Positions 48,659-58,499 of a stretch of 64,000 nt of DNA are shown here, piece by piece. The notes under the pieces are model-generated. The model was not told the origin of the DNA. It saw nothing but the letters and a program-made list of their open reading frames with translations, and searched no databases. Source of the stretch: Candidatus Sericytochromatia bacterium (lineage in GTDB: Bacteria; Cyanobacteriota; Sericytochromatia; S15B-MN24; JAQBPE01). Position numbers and translations under genes: made by a program. The stretch's first letter is position 1. Each line of letters opens with the position of its first letter. The DNA lies in contig JBBAPZ010000006.1 in assembly GCA_040400605.1 (NCBI GenBank), positions 2,908-66,907 on the forward strand, given 5' to 3'.

Positions 48659-49153
48659 TTGAGAACGAATAAAATGACGCTACAGTTTTCTAACGAAACC
48701 AAGGCTACGTTCGACTGGTTGGTCAGTCGTTACCCCGAAAAGAAAGCGGCTTTATTGCCGACGTTGTGGCTAGCACAAAAGGAGTTTGGCGGCTGGTTGT
48801 CGCCGGAAGCGCTCAGCTATTGCGCCCGCCTGCTCGATTTACCGCCGTCCAAGGCGTACAGCGTGGCATCTTTTTACACGATGTACAATTTGCAGCCGGT
48901 TGGTCGGTACAAGCTGGAAGTTTGTCGGACCTTGTCCTGCGCGATGGCGGGGGCCTTCGACATCATTGAACACCTGGAACAAAAATTGGGCATTCCGTGT
49001 GGTGAGACCACACCGGATGGAAAATTCACGTTGGCAACCCAAGAGTGTTTGGCTTCTTGCGGTACAGGACCCGTTATGCAGATAAACGGGGAATACTATG
49101 AGGAAAACCTGTCGGCTGCACGGGTTGATGAAATTCTGGCAAGGTTGCCCTGA
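48659..49153 (+). CDS. nuoE: NADH-quinone oxidoreductase subunit E
   Basis: Thioredoxin-like 2Fe-2S cysteines CRTLSC...CLASCG. Confidence 0.9.
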   Translation: MRTNKMTLQFSNETKATFDWLVSRYPEKKAALLPTLWLAQKEFGGWLSPEALSYCARLLDLPPSKAYSVASFYTMYNLQPVGRYKLEVCRTLSCAMAGAFDIIEHLEQKLGIPCGETTPDGKFTLATQECLASCGTGPVMQINGEYYEENLSAARVDEILARLP

Positions 49154-49166
49154 GGTACAGGAATGG

Positions 49167-50519
49167 ATGATGATCATGTCCAATGAATTGATTTTGTCGC
49201 GAAATTGGTCCAGGGCGTATTCCTGGACAATGGCTTCCGCACTGGAAGCCGGCACCTATAAAACCGCGGCGGACGCCCTTCGTTCCGGGCGTCCGCCAGG
49301 TGAATTGCTGGACGAAGTCAAACGGTCCGGACTGCGCGGTCGAGGGGGCGCAGGCTTTCCAACCGGGATGAAGTGGGGGTTTTTGCCGAAGGACAATCCC
49401 AAACCGCGTTATCTGGTCATCAATGCAGATGAGTCAGAGCCGGGAACCTTTAAGGATCGCGCCATCCTGGAAAAAGACCCGCACATGTTGCTGGAGGGCT
49501 GCATTCTCGCGAGCTATGCCATTGGTGCCCACGCGTGTTACATCTACGTCCGTGGTGAATTTTGGCATCAGCAGCGGATTCTCATGCAGGCGATCGCAGA
49601 CGCTTACCGCCAGGGCTTTCTGGGTGATCGCTGTTTTGGCACGGACTTCAAGCTCGACATAACGGTACACTCGGGTGCTGGTGCCTACATCTGTGGTGAA
49701 GAAACGGCCTTGCTGACAAGTTTGGAAGGTGAGCGCGGGTATCCACGTCTCAAGCCGCCTTTTCCTGCGACCCATGGTTTATTTCAGTGCCCAACCGTGG
49801 TGAACAACGTCGAGACGATCGCGAATGTGCCGTATATCATCGGGCGCGGGGCCAACGCGTTTGCTGCGTTTGGCAAATATGAGGTAAACGCTGAAGGGCG
49901 GCCTGTGATCGATTCGCGCGGCACACGCTTGATGTGCGCCTCGGGCCATGTAAACCGGCCGGGCGTGTCGGAAATACCGCTCGGAATTCGTTTGATTGAT
50001 TACATTAACGATTACTGCGACGGTGTAAAGGATGGCAAGAAGCTAAAAGCCGTGATTCCGGGAGGTAGTAGTTGTCCGATTCTCACGGCGCAAGAGGCGG
50101 AACAGGTCGAAATGACGTACGAATCGATGGCTCGCTTCGGAACGATGTTCGGTTCAGGTGGTTTGGTCGTCTTGGACGAGGACACGAACATGGTCTGGGC
50201 GTTGCACAATCTCTTGCGTTTTTATTCGCACGAGTCGTGCGGGCAGTGCACCCCGTGCCGTGAGGGCACAGATTGGCTTTACAAGATTTTAGGGCGTATG
50301 CTCGTAGGCAAGGGAACCGAGTCGGATCTCGCAGAGATACTTGACATTGCCGACAATATGGAAGGCAAGACGATCTGTGCGTTGGCTGCCGCGGCGACGA
50401 TGCCGACACGGAGTTACATTCAGAAGTTCAGGGAAGAGTTTGTCGCACATTTCACCAAAGGTGGCGTGCCGACCGACTCACGTGGTCGTTACCGTGTACC
50501 TGCTACGGTTCGGCAGTAG
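49167..50519 (+). CDS. nuoF: NADH-quinone oxidoreductase subunit F
   Basis: GRGGAGFPTG NADH/FMN site and ESCGQCTPCREG 4Fe-4S site. Start moved to ATG 49167 to avoid the 56-bp overlap with nuoE. Confidence 0.9.
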   Translation: MMIMSNELILSRNWSRAYSWTMASALEAGTYKTAADALRSGRPPGELLDEVKRSGLRGRGGAGFPTGMKWGFLPKDNPKPRYLVINADESEPGTFKDRAILEKDPHMLLEGCILASYAIGAHACYIYVRGEFWHQQRILMQAIADAYRQGFLGDRCFGTDFKLDITVHSGAGAYICGEETALLTSLEGERGYPRLKPPFPATHGLFQCPTVVNNVETIANVPYIIGRGANAFAAFGKYEVNAEGRPVIDSRGTRLMCASGHVNRPGVSEIPLGIRLIDYINDYCDGVKDGKKLKAVIPGGSSCPILTAQEAEQVEMTYESMARFGTMFGSGGLVVLDEDTNMVWALHNLLRFYSHESCGQCTPCREGTDWLYKILGRMLVGKGTESDLAEILDIADNMEGKTICALAAAATMPTRSYIQKFREEFVAHFTKGGVPTDSRGRYRVPATVRQ

Positions 50520-50531
50520 GAGGGGGAGTCT

Positions 50532-52109
50532 GTGGCAACTTTCACATTGGATGGAAAGACGGTCTCCGCGCCGGATGGAATGAATCTGATTGAGGCGGCG
50601 GCTGCAAACGGTGTCGACATCCCACACTATTGTTATCACCCTGGACTGTCTGTCGCGGGCAACTGCAGAATGTGTCTTTGCGAAGTTGAGGGCGCCCGTG
50701 GGCCGCAGATTGCCTGTTCACAGGTGGTGCGAGATGGCCTCGTCGTAAAGACAGACACGGCCTTGGTTGAAAAGATGCGTAAAGGTGTTCAGGAATTTTT
50801 ATTACTGAATCATCCGATCGACTGTCCGATCTGTGACCAGGCAGGCGAGTGCCGCTTGCAGGACTACTATATGAGTTATGGTCAATATGATAACCGTTCC
50901 GATGTGACGAAGGTGCAAAAGCAGAAGGCTTTGGATATTGGGCCATTGGTTGTATTGGATCAGGAACGTTGCATCTTGTGCACGCGTTGTGTTCGTTTCA
51001 CCAGTGAAGTGTCTCAGTCTCATGAGTTGATTGTAAGCGGTCGTGGGGATACATCCGTGATCGAGACATTTCCGGGGATGCAACTGGACAATCCGTACTC
51101 TGGCAACGTTGTGGACATATGTCCAGTCGGCGCACTGACCAGCAAGGATTTTCGCTTCAAAATGCGCGTATGGTTCATGAAAAGCGTAAAAAGTGTTTGT
51201 ACTGGCTGTGCGCGTGGTTGCAACATCTTTTTGGATGAGAAAGATGCAGTTGTTTACCGGTACCGGCCGCGCACCAATTTGGCAGTCAATCGGTACTGGA
51301 TTTGCGATGATGGACGACTGAGTTATCGACGCATCAACGATAATCGGCTGACGTCGGCGCGTTTGCGCGGTGCAGCCGTCAGCTTCAGAGACGTTTATGA
51401 CCACCTTGTTGGTTTGCTTCGTGCCGAGCGCGCGCACGGAAGTGTTGTCTTGGTGGCATCACCGCACAGCTCGCTAGAAGATAATTTCTTGCTGCGTCGT
51501 TTGGATCGTCGACACGGTCGTTCGATGTTGCGGGCGTGGGATGCGTCAGCACCGGCGACTGCCGACAACCTCTTGCGCTGTGCGGATCCGACCCCCAACC
51601 GCGCAGGATTATCGCTTTTAGATGTCGAGCCCTCCAGAGCGTCGCTTTTGGCCGCACTGGCCGGGCCTGTGCAAGTGGCAGTCTTGATGCAGAACAATCT
51701 TGCCCAAGACCCGGAGATTGCGGAACGTCTGCGGCAGCTCCCAGTCGTTGTATACCTGGGTTCTCACGACGATGAGACCGCTGCCTTGGCCCAGGTGGTG
51801 ATACCGGTCGCGACGCACGCGGAGAAATTCGGTTCGTTCGTGAATGTGGATGGTCGTGTGCAGCGTTTCTATCAGGCATTTGAGGCGCCCGGCGACGCCA
51901 TCTCTGAAAGCACGCTTCTGGCTTCACTGCTTCATGATCTTTATCAAGAGTCACGGGTGGACGATGTCGAAGAGGTTTGGGCTTTGATGCGCCAGGAAGT
52001 ACCTGAGTTAGCAACGCTGTCCTGGTATGGGTTGGGTGATGAAGGTGTATTGCTTGAGTCGACGCGTGTTGCGTCTTCCGCGATGCCGAATGTGGCCTCG
52101 GGTGTATAG
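50532..52109 (+). CDS. nuoG: NADH-quinone oxidoreductase subunit G (short form, 525 aa)
   Basis: N-terminal 2Fe-2S (CYHPGLSVAGNCRMCLCEV), HPIDCPICDQAGEC and CILCTRCVRF clusters. The C-terminal molybdopterin-like region is truncated relative to 700-900 aa homologues. Confidence 0.85.
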   Translation: MATFTLDGKTVSAPDGMNLIEAAAANGVDIPHYCYHPGLSVAGNCRMCLCEVEGARGPQIACSQVVRDGLVVKTDTALVEKMRKGVQEFLLLNHPIDCPICDQAGECRLQDYYMSYGQYDNRSDVTKVQKQKALDIGPLVVLDQERCILCTRCVRFTSEVSQSHELIVSGRGDTSVIETFPGMQLDNPYSGNVVDICPVGALTSKDFRFKMRVWFMKSVKSVCTGCARGCNIFLDEKDAVVYRYRPRTNLAVNRYWICDDGRLSYRRINDNRLTSARLRGAAVSFRDVYDHLVGLLRAERAHGSVVLVASPHSSLEDNFLLRRLDRRHGRSMLRAWDASAPATADNLLRCADPTPNRAGLSLLDVEPSRASLLAALAGPVQVAVLMQNNLAQDPEIAERLRQLPVVVYLGSHDDETAALAQVVIPVATHAEKFGSFVNVDGRVQRFYQAFEAPGDAISESTLLASLLHDLYQESRVDDVEEVWALMRQEVPELATLSWYGLGDEGVLLESTRVASSAMPNVASGV

Positions 52110-52121
52110 GGGAAATTAAAG

Positions 52122-53411
52122 ATGCATCATTGGCTGGTTCCTGTCATCGTCGTCGCCCGTTCGGCTTTGTTGGTTGGCATCATACTTGGTCTGGTACCTT
52201 TTTTGGTCTGGCTTGAGCGCAAGGGCAGCGCTTACATTCAGGATCGCCCGGGACCTGAGCGTGCGTCGATTTTCGGTCTGCGTCTGGCCGGCTTGTTGCA
52301 CCTTGTTGCCGATGCGGTCAAGATGTTGAACAAGGAAGACATCATCCCAAGCGGGGTCAACCGTTTTTATTACCTGGCGGCGCCGATTATCGTCGTCGCT
52401 GTGGCGTTTACGACGGTGGCGATTCTGCCACTGTTTGACACCATTGATTTTAATCGGGTGGGCGTCAAAGGTTGGCCTGTTATTGCAGGACAGTCTCTTG
52501 ACATAGACCCTGGCATACTCTGGTTTTTCGCGATCGCCTCGCTCACCGTGTACGGCATCATTTTCGCTGGCTGGGCAAGTAACAGCAAATATTCACTGTT
52601 AGGGGCCATGCGTGCGTCAGCGGCAGTGTTGAGTTACGAAATTCCGCTGGGATTGAGCGTGATCGGTGCCTTGATGGTCTATGGTACCGTCAGTTTGCCA
52701 GAGATTGTTCGTTGGCAAGGCGAACACGTGTGGGGAATTCTGGTTCAGCCACTAGGGGCTCTTATCTTTGTTGTCTGCGCGTTTGCGGAAACCAACCGTG
52801 TTCCGTTTGACTTAGCAGAATCGGAATCGGAGTTGGTTGCCGGTTACCATACTGAGTATTCGGCCATGAAGTTTGGTATGTTTTTTCTGGCGGAGTACGG
52901 TGCCATGATTGTGTCCTCCGGCTTGGTCATCACCCTGTTTTTTGGCGGTTGGCAGGTACCTTTCCTAAGTACCCAAGCGCTGGTGACGCATGCCCAGGTC
53001 ATCACCCAGTGGTCGTTGGGGGTGGCCTTTGCGGGCTCACTTGTGGCGGTTTCGGTGTTACTGGTTAACTTCACCCAACGCTTCGGCATATGGCGTGACC
53101 TGAGGGACTATGAACCGCTTGTACTGGCAGCGCTTGTATTGGGTGGTGGGCTGACTGCCTTGGGTGGTTTGTTCGTGCTGATGGCGGTGCCCTTGCCGGT
53201 TTGGTACGGACCGATTTTTGCAGCAGTCGCCCAGTTTGGTATGTTTATGCTCAAGCTGTTGCTGGTGTGCTGGGTGTTCGTTTGGGTTCGCTGGACTTTG
53301 CCTCGGTTCCGGTATGATCAGGTGATGAATTTGGGTTGGCGCTCACTGTTACCCCTCGCGCTGGTCAACATCTTGTTGACCGGCATCGTGATCACGGTGT
53401 TTAACGTATGA
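52122..53411 (+). CDS. nuoH: NADH-quinone oxidoreductase subunit H
   Basis: RVPFDLAESESELVAGYHTEYS loop and quinone-site region. 429 aa, with insertions. Confidence 0.9.
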   Translation: MHHWLVPVIVVARSALLVGIILGLVPFLVWLERKGSAYIQDRPGPERASIFGLRLAGLLHLVADAVKMLNKEDIIPSGVNRFYYLAAPIIVVAVAFTTVAILPLFDTIDFNRVGVKGWPVIAGQSLDIDPGILWFFAIASLTVYGIIFAGWASNSKYSLLGAMRASAAVLSYEIPLGLSVIGALMVYGTVSLPEIVRWQGEHVWGILVQPLGALIFVVCAFAETNRVPFDLAESESELVAGYHTEYSAMKFGMFFLAEYGAMIVSSGLVITLFFGGWQVPFLSTQALVTHAQVITQWSLGVAFAGSLVAVSVLLVNFTQRFGIWRDLRDYEPLVLAALVLGGGLTALGGLFVLMAVPLPVWYGPIFAAVAQFGMFMLKLLLVCWVFVWVRWTLPRFRYDQVMNLGWRSLLPLALVNILLTGIVITVFNV

Positions 53412-53983
53412 GTAACGAAATACACAAAGCTGAATCGTCCCAGTTGCGGCCTTTTTTCCCTGATAGTGTCACGCCAGGACAGAAAACTGTTGAACGTGAC
53501 GTGAACACGATGGGTGAGTCTGTCTACCTGGTTGAGATTGCCAAGGGTCTCGGTTATACGATGGGCAAGGTAGTTCAGAATCTGATCGGTATCAAGCCAG
53601 GTATGACTGTGCGCTACCCGGAGGTGGCGCGTGAGATACCCCAGGGATACCGTGGCAAGCATCGGTTGACCACGCGGGAGGATGGCTCATCAAAGTGTGT
53701 CGCGTGCATGATGTGTGCGACCGCCTGTCCAGCCGAGTGCATACACATCATTCCTGCCGAGAGTGAAGACCCGGATATCGAACGGTACCCGCAACGTTTT
53801 GACATTGATTTACTTGAGTGTGTTTTTTGCGGTTTGTGCGTGGAAGCCTGTCCTGTGGATGCGATCCGTATGGACAGCGGTGTGTATTCGCTGACCGCAT
53901 TTGATCGCGAAAGCTTCGTTGTGACCAAGGAAGAGTTGCTTCAGGTCAAACCCAATCCTGCACCCACGGGTCAGGTTGTTTGA
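53408..53983 (+). CDS. nuoI: NADH-quinone oxidoreductase subunit I
   Basis: Two CxxCxxCxxxCP ferredoxin motifs (CVACMMCATACP, CVFCGLCVEACP). Confidence 0.9.
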   Translation: MSNEIHKAESSQLRPFFPDSVTPGQKTVERDVNTMGESVYLVEIAKGLGYTMGKVVQNLIGIKPGMTVRYPEVAREIPQGYRGKHRLTTREDGSSKCVACMMCATACPAECIHIIPAESEDPDIERYPQRFDIDLLECVFCGLCVEACPVDAIRMDSGVYSLTAFDRESFVVTKEELLQVKPNPAPTGQVV

Positions 53984-54022
53984 CCCCATCCCGAAATTGC
54001 AATAAGAAAAGTTGGGACTCAG

Positions 54023-54529
54023 ATGCCTTCGTTCGTTTTTTATTTGCTCGCACTGTTATGTATGTCGTCCGCCATTTACATGGTGTTCCAGCGGCAACCG
54101 CTGAGTGCGGCATTTGCATTGGTCTTGTGCTTCCTGGGTTTGGCTGGTCTCTATGCCATGTTGATGGCACCATTGCTCGCCATTCTTCAGGTGTTAGTCT
54201 ATGCAGGCGCGATCATGGCGCTCATTGTGTTCGTCGTGATGCTGTTGAACGTGCAGGATACGGATCTTCCAACTGAGCCCAAATTAAAGCGCTCCGTCGC
54301 GCTGGCGCTGCTTGCGTCAGTTCCATTGGGTGCGTTGATGTATCGCGTCTTTCTTAAACTGCCAGGTGAGGCCAAGGACGCAGCAATCCTGCAGAATCAG
54401 TCCTTTGGTGGTATTGAGGCGGTTGGGAAGCATTTGTTCACGCAGTATACTTTTCCCTTCGAGGTGATTTCACTGATGCTGACGGTCGCGGTCGTTGGCG
54501 TCGTAGTGCTGGCAAAACGACGGATTTAG
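54023..54529 (+). CDS. nuoJ: NADH-quinone oxidoreductase subunit J
   Basis: 168-aa polytopic membrane protein in the conserved operon position. Confidence 0.8.
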   Translation: MPSFVFYLLALLCMSSAIYMVFQRQPLSAAFALVLCFLGLAGLYAMLMAPLLAILQVLVYAGAIMALIVFVVMLLNVQDTDLPTEPKLKRSVALALLASVPLGALMYRVFLKLPGEAKDAAILQNQSFGGIEAVGKHLFTQYTFPFEVISLMLTVAVVGVVVLAKRRI

Positions 54530-54572
54530 CGTTGGTGTGATTTGAGAGAAGAATGTTGCGGTGGATGAAGTG

Positions 54573-54893
54573 ATGATACCTACAACCCATTTTCTGTTTG
54601 TATCTGTGGTGCTGTTTTGTGTCGGTTTGGCTGGATTCGTTGCCCGCCGCAACCTCTTTATTATTTTTATGTCGATCGAACTCATGTTGAATGCAGCCAA
54701 TTTGAGTTTCGTCGCGCTATCGCGGCACCTCGGGAACCTTGATGGACAGGTGTTTGCTTTTCTCGTGATTGCTTTAGCTGCCGCGGAAGCTGCTGTGGGG
54801 CTGGCCATTGTCATACTGATTTTCAAAAATGCCAACGAGGCACAGCAACGGGATGCGTTGAGCATTGACCAGTATTCTTCGCTGGGACATTAA
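54573..54893 (+). CDS. nuoK: NADH-quinone oxidoreductase subunit K
   Basis: About 106 aa with three TMs (LAAAEAAVGLAI). Start at MIPTTHF. Confidence 0.85.
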   Translation: MIPTTHFLFVSVVLFCVGLAGFVARRNLFIIFMSIELMLNAANLSFVALSRHLGNLDGQVFAFLVIALAAAEAAVGLAIVILIFKNANEAQQRDALSIDQYSSLGH

Positions 54894-54916
54894 TTAGGAC
54901 TGAGGACGCCGTTTCA

Positions 54917-56884
54917 ATGAAAGAACATTTGCTTGTCAGCTTGATCCCGGCGCTGCCATTGGTGGGCGCGCTTTTGCTTGGGATCATGACCTTACTGAGG
55001 GCCAACCAGCCTCGGGGTGTTTCCAACGGGTTGGTTTCTTTTGTAGCCCTTTGTGGGCCGGTCTTAGCTTTTGCGGCGGCTCTCAAATTGTTTTTGGGGC
55101 TTGACGCTCACCCGTCCGGTTACATTCACGAACCGTTTACCTGGTTTGCGGTCGGCAATCTGGATGTACCGATGTCTTTCTATTTTGATCGCCTGAGTGG
55201 TGTGATGGCTTTGATCGTGACATTCATCGGTTCACTGATACACCTTTACTCGATCGGTTATATGGGCCACGAACGGGGCTTCAATCGGTTTTTTGTTTAC
55301 CTGAATCTGTTTCTGTCGGCGATGCTGGTTCTGGTCTTGGCCAAGAGTTTGCCCGTTCTGTTTTTGGGATGGGAGGGCGTCGGTGCCTGTTCATTCCTAC
55401 TGGTTGGCTATTATTTTGGCGATACGGAAAAAGCGCAAGCAGCGAACAAGGCTTTCATCGTCAACCGGGTGGGTGACTGGGGGTTTATCCTCGGGTTGTT
55501 GGTCTTGTTCGGGTTCATGGGAAGTCACGGCGTCTGGACACTTGATATGTTGACGCTCAAATCGCACGCCGCGCTGCTAACGCCTGCTGTCGCGACAACA
55601 GTTGCATTGCTTTTGTTTGTCGGTGCTAGTGCCAAGAGTGCGCAGATTCCTTTGCATGTGTGGTTGGCTGATGCGATGGCGGGTCCGACACCGGTGTCGG
55701 CCCTGATCCATGCGGCGACGATGGTGACCGCTGGCATCTACTTGCTGGTGAGATTGTCGTTTGTGATGGATGCTGCGCCGGCGGCCGGATACACCGTGGC
55801 AACAATTGGGGTTCTGACGGCGTTTGTCGCGGCAACGATTGCTGTGACACAGACGAATATTAAAAAGGTTTTGGCGTATTCAACGGTGTCGCAGTTAGGC
55901 TTCATGTTTGCCGCGGTGGGGGCTGGTGCTTATGCGGTCGGGATTTTTCATCTCATGACCCATGCATTTTTCAAGGCGCTTTTGTTCCTTGGCGCTGGCG
56001 CCGTCATTCATGCGATGCACCACGAAGAGGACATGAGCCGATTTGGAGGATTGCGTTCCCGCTTGCCTTTCACGGCGGCTGTTATGTTGGTCGGATGCCT
56101 GGCGATCGCCGGGATCCCGCCTTTGTCTGGTTTTTTCTCAAAAGATGCGATTTTGTACGTCCAGTGGGAGCGGGGTTGGCACGTTCATTATGTGGCACTG
56201 CTGTTGACATCGGGCTTGACCGCTTTCTATATGTTTCGGATGTATTTCTTGACCTTTGCTGGCGAAGCGCGTGATGAGGAGTTGGATCGTCACGCACACG
56301 AAGGACCGGCCGTCATGAATTTGCCGTTGCTGGTGCTGGCGGTGGGTAGCGTGGTGGCGGGTTTGGTTGGCCTGCCCGCTGCGATGGGTGGTTCCAGTCT
56401 TGCGGCGTGGTTGGAGCCGGTGTGTGGTGCGCCGGTTGATCACCTCGCTGGGTTGACTGGCGACGCGCTGAAGCAGGCGACTTTCATTGCGCACTCGCAC
56501 GAATATCTGTTTATGGCCTTTGCGATCATTGCATCCGGCGCGGCGATCATCGCAGCATACTATCGTTATGTGTTGATGGGCAAAACCCCCTTCGATGTGC
56601 CCAGAAATCTCATCTTGGCTGTCTTTGCGCGCAAGTGGGGTTTTGACGACCTTTATCAGTTGCTGTTTGTACGGGGTTCCATCCAGTTGATTGGTTGGGG
56701 TCTGGATCGCGTCTGTGACCGCTTTTTCATTGATGGCGTGGTGAATGGCCTGCCATCATTGTATACAAGGATGGCAGGTGCTGCGCGTGTATTACAGACA
56801 GGTGCGGCGCGGCTATATGCCTATGTGATGGTACTGGGTGCGACGCTGTTGTTTTATTTCTTGCTTGCGCGCTTTGGCGTGTAA
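54917..56884 (+). CDS. nuoL: NADH-quinone oxidoreductase subunit L
   Basis: 655-aa antiporter-like subunit with long C-terminal helix region. Confidence 0.9.
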   Translation: MKEHLLVSLIPALPLVGALLLGIMTLLRANQPRGVSNGLVSFVALCGPVLAFAAALKLFLGLDAHPSGYIHEPFTWFAVGNLDVPMSFYFDRLSGVMALIVTFIGSLIHLYSIGYMGHERGFNRFFVYLNLFLSAMLVLVLAKSLPVLFLGWEGVGACSFLLVGYYFGDTEKAQAANKAFIVNRVGDWGFILGLLVLFGFMGSHGVWTLDMLTLKSHAALLTPAVATTVALLLFVGASAKSAQIPLHVWLADAMAGPTPVSALIHAATMVTAGIYLLVRLSFVMDAAPAAGYTVATIGVLTAFVAATIAVTQTNIKKVLAYSTVSQLGFMFAAVGAGAYAVGIFHLMTHAFFKALLFLGAGAVIHAMHHEEDMSRFGGLRSRLPFTAAVMLVGCLAIAGIPPLSGFFSKDAILYVQWERGWHVHYVALLLTSGLTAFYMFRMYFLTFAGEARDEELDRHAHEGPAVMNLPLLVLAVGSVVAGLVGLPAAMGGSSLAAWLEPVCGAPVDHLAGLTGDALKQATFIAHSHEYLFMAFAIIASGAAIIAAYYRYVLMGKTPFDVPRNLILAVFARKWGFDDLYQLLFVRGSIQLIGWGLDRVCDRFFIDGVVNGLPSLYTRMAGAARVLQTGAARLYAYVMVLGATLLFYFLLARFGV

Positions 56885-56911
56885 TTGACTTCGGACATAG
56901 AGGAGTTAGTT

Positions 56912-58486
56912 GTGTCAAATATCCCCTATTTGCTGTCGTGTTTGATTTTCCTTCCTCTGTTGGCCGGAGCCTTGATTGTTTGGTTACGTGAGGATGTAGC
57001 CGATGGATGGGAAAGGCCGGCAGCGTTAACTGTCGCCACGATTAACGCTGCACTATCCTTGTTGTTGTTTGTTGGCGGGCGTCAGACATCCGCCGGGATG
57101 GAAGTCCTTGCGTTTGAGGAAAAGTTGGGTTGGTTGCCGCAACTGGGCATTTCGTATCATTTGCGGGTAGATGGTCTGTCGGTGTTCCTGGTTAGCTTGG
57201 TTGCGTGGTTGACACCGGTTGCAATCATGGCAAGTTGGCGCCTGATACGGGAACGACAAGGTTTGTATTACGGCCTTATTTTGCTTTTTTCTGGCGGGAT
57301 GTTGGGGGCGTTGTGCAGCCTTGATTTGTTCCTCTTTTATGTATTTTGGGAGATTATGCTCGTCCCGGCTTTTTTCCTGATTGGGCTGTATGGTGGCACC
57401 CGACGACGCGAGGCGACGATCAAGTTTGTCATTTACACGATGGTCGGTTCCTTGCTGATGTTGGTCGGGATCGTGTCGGTTGCTCATCAGCATTTTCTAT
57501 TACACGGTCAATGGTCGTTTGATTTGACGAAGTTGTATGGCTTGCAGTATGGCGCCGACGGTGGTGTATGGCTTTTCTTGAGTTTTGCGCTGGCATTTGT
57601 GATCAAAAGCGCCTTGTTTCCTTTCCACACGTGGCTACCCCTGACCTATGATGAAGCGCCCGCACCAGTCACGTTCATGTTGTCAGCGTTGATGGCGAAA
57701 CTGGGCATTTATGGTTTGCTCCGGATCGCGCTACCGCTTTTTCCAGTGGCCGCCAAAGCTGTTGCGCCAGCATTGGTTGGGTTGGCAGTGTGCGGCGTGG
57801 TGTATGCAGGTTTCATCGCCCTGGCGCAAACGAGTGCCAAGCGGGTATTGGCCTATGCCTCCATCAGCCATCTGGGGGTGATCCTGTTAGGTGTTTTTTC
57901 TTTGAATCCACAGGCCATCAGTGGCGCGACGTTCCACATGGTCGCTCACGCGCTGACGACGGGCGCGCTCTTTTTGCTGGTGGGCATAATTTATGAGCGG
58001 GTAGGAACCACCGAATTCGAAAGCTTGGGTGGTATTGCACACAAAGCGCCCTTTTTGGCGACGGTCATGCTGATTGTTGTGCTCGCGTCGGTGGGATTGC
58101 CTGGTTTGTGTGGCTTCGTCGGTGAATTCCTCGTGTTTGTCGGTGCGTTTGGCCTGGCGCCCACTGCGACCGCTTTTGCAGTCTCGTCCGTGGTATTGGG
58201 CGCTTCTTACACCTTATGGATGCAGCAACGGGTATTGTTTGGGCCTGCAAGGGCGGATTGTGCGGTCAAAGACCTGAGTGGCCGAGAAGCTATCATGGTG
58301 GTTCCAATCGTGTTGCTGGTATTTGGCTTGGGCGTTTTCCCACAGGCCATGTTGGATCGGATCAATCCTGCTACCGGGGCATACTTGTCCAGGATGGGTG
58401 TCAATGCGTGGCAAGCGCAGCCAACGCCTGCAGTGCGCACCTTGACGACGAAAACGTCAGGTACTCAGCCTCACGGTCACAAGTAA
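56912..58486 (+). CDS. nuoM: NADH-quinone oxidoreductase subunit M
   Basis: Antiporter-like subunit. Start revised to the GTG 6 nt after GAGGAG. Confidence 0.85.
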   Translation: MSNIPYLLSCLIFLPLLAGALIVWLREDVADGWERPAALTVATINAALSLLLFVGGRQTSAGMEVLAFEEKLGWLPQLGISYHLRVDGLSVFLVSLVAWLTPVAIMASWRLIRERQGLYYGLILLFSGGMLGALCSLDLFLFYVFWEIMLVPAFFLIGLYGGTRRREATIKFVIYTMVGSLLMLVGIVSVAHQHFLLHGQWSFDLTKLYGLQYGADGGVWLFLSFALAFVIKSALFPFHTWLPLTYDEAPAPVTFMLSALMAKLGIYGLLRIALPLFPVAAKAVAPALVGLAVCGVVYAGFIALAQTSAKRVLAYASISHLGVILLGVFSLNPQAISGATFHMVAHALTTGALFLLVGIIYERVGTTEFESLGGIAHKAPFLATVMLIVVLASVGLPGLCGFVGEFLVFVGAFGLAPTATAFAVSSVVLGASYTLWMQQRVLFGPARADCAVKDLSGREAIMVVPIVLLVFGLGVFPQAMLDRINPATGAYLSRMGVNAWQAQPTPAVRTLTTKTSGTQPHGHK

Positions 58487-58499
58487 GGGGTATTCAGTT

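Noticed and set aside
49098-49166. ORF-track nuoF start 56 bp inside nuoE
   Set aside because: In-frame ATGs at 49167 and 49170 follow the nuoE stop with an AGGA spacer. The longer form adds a non-conserved, basic N-terminus.
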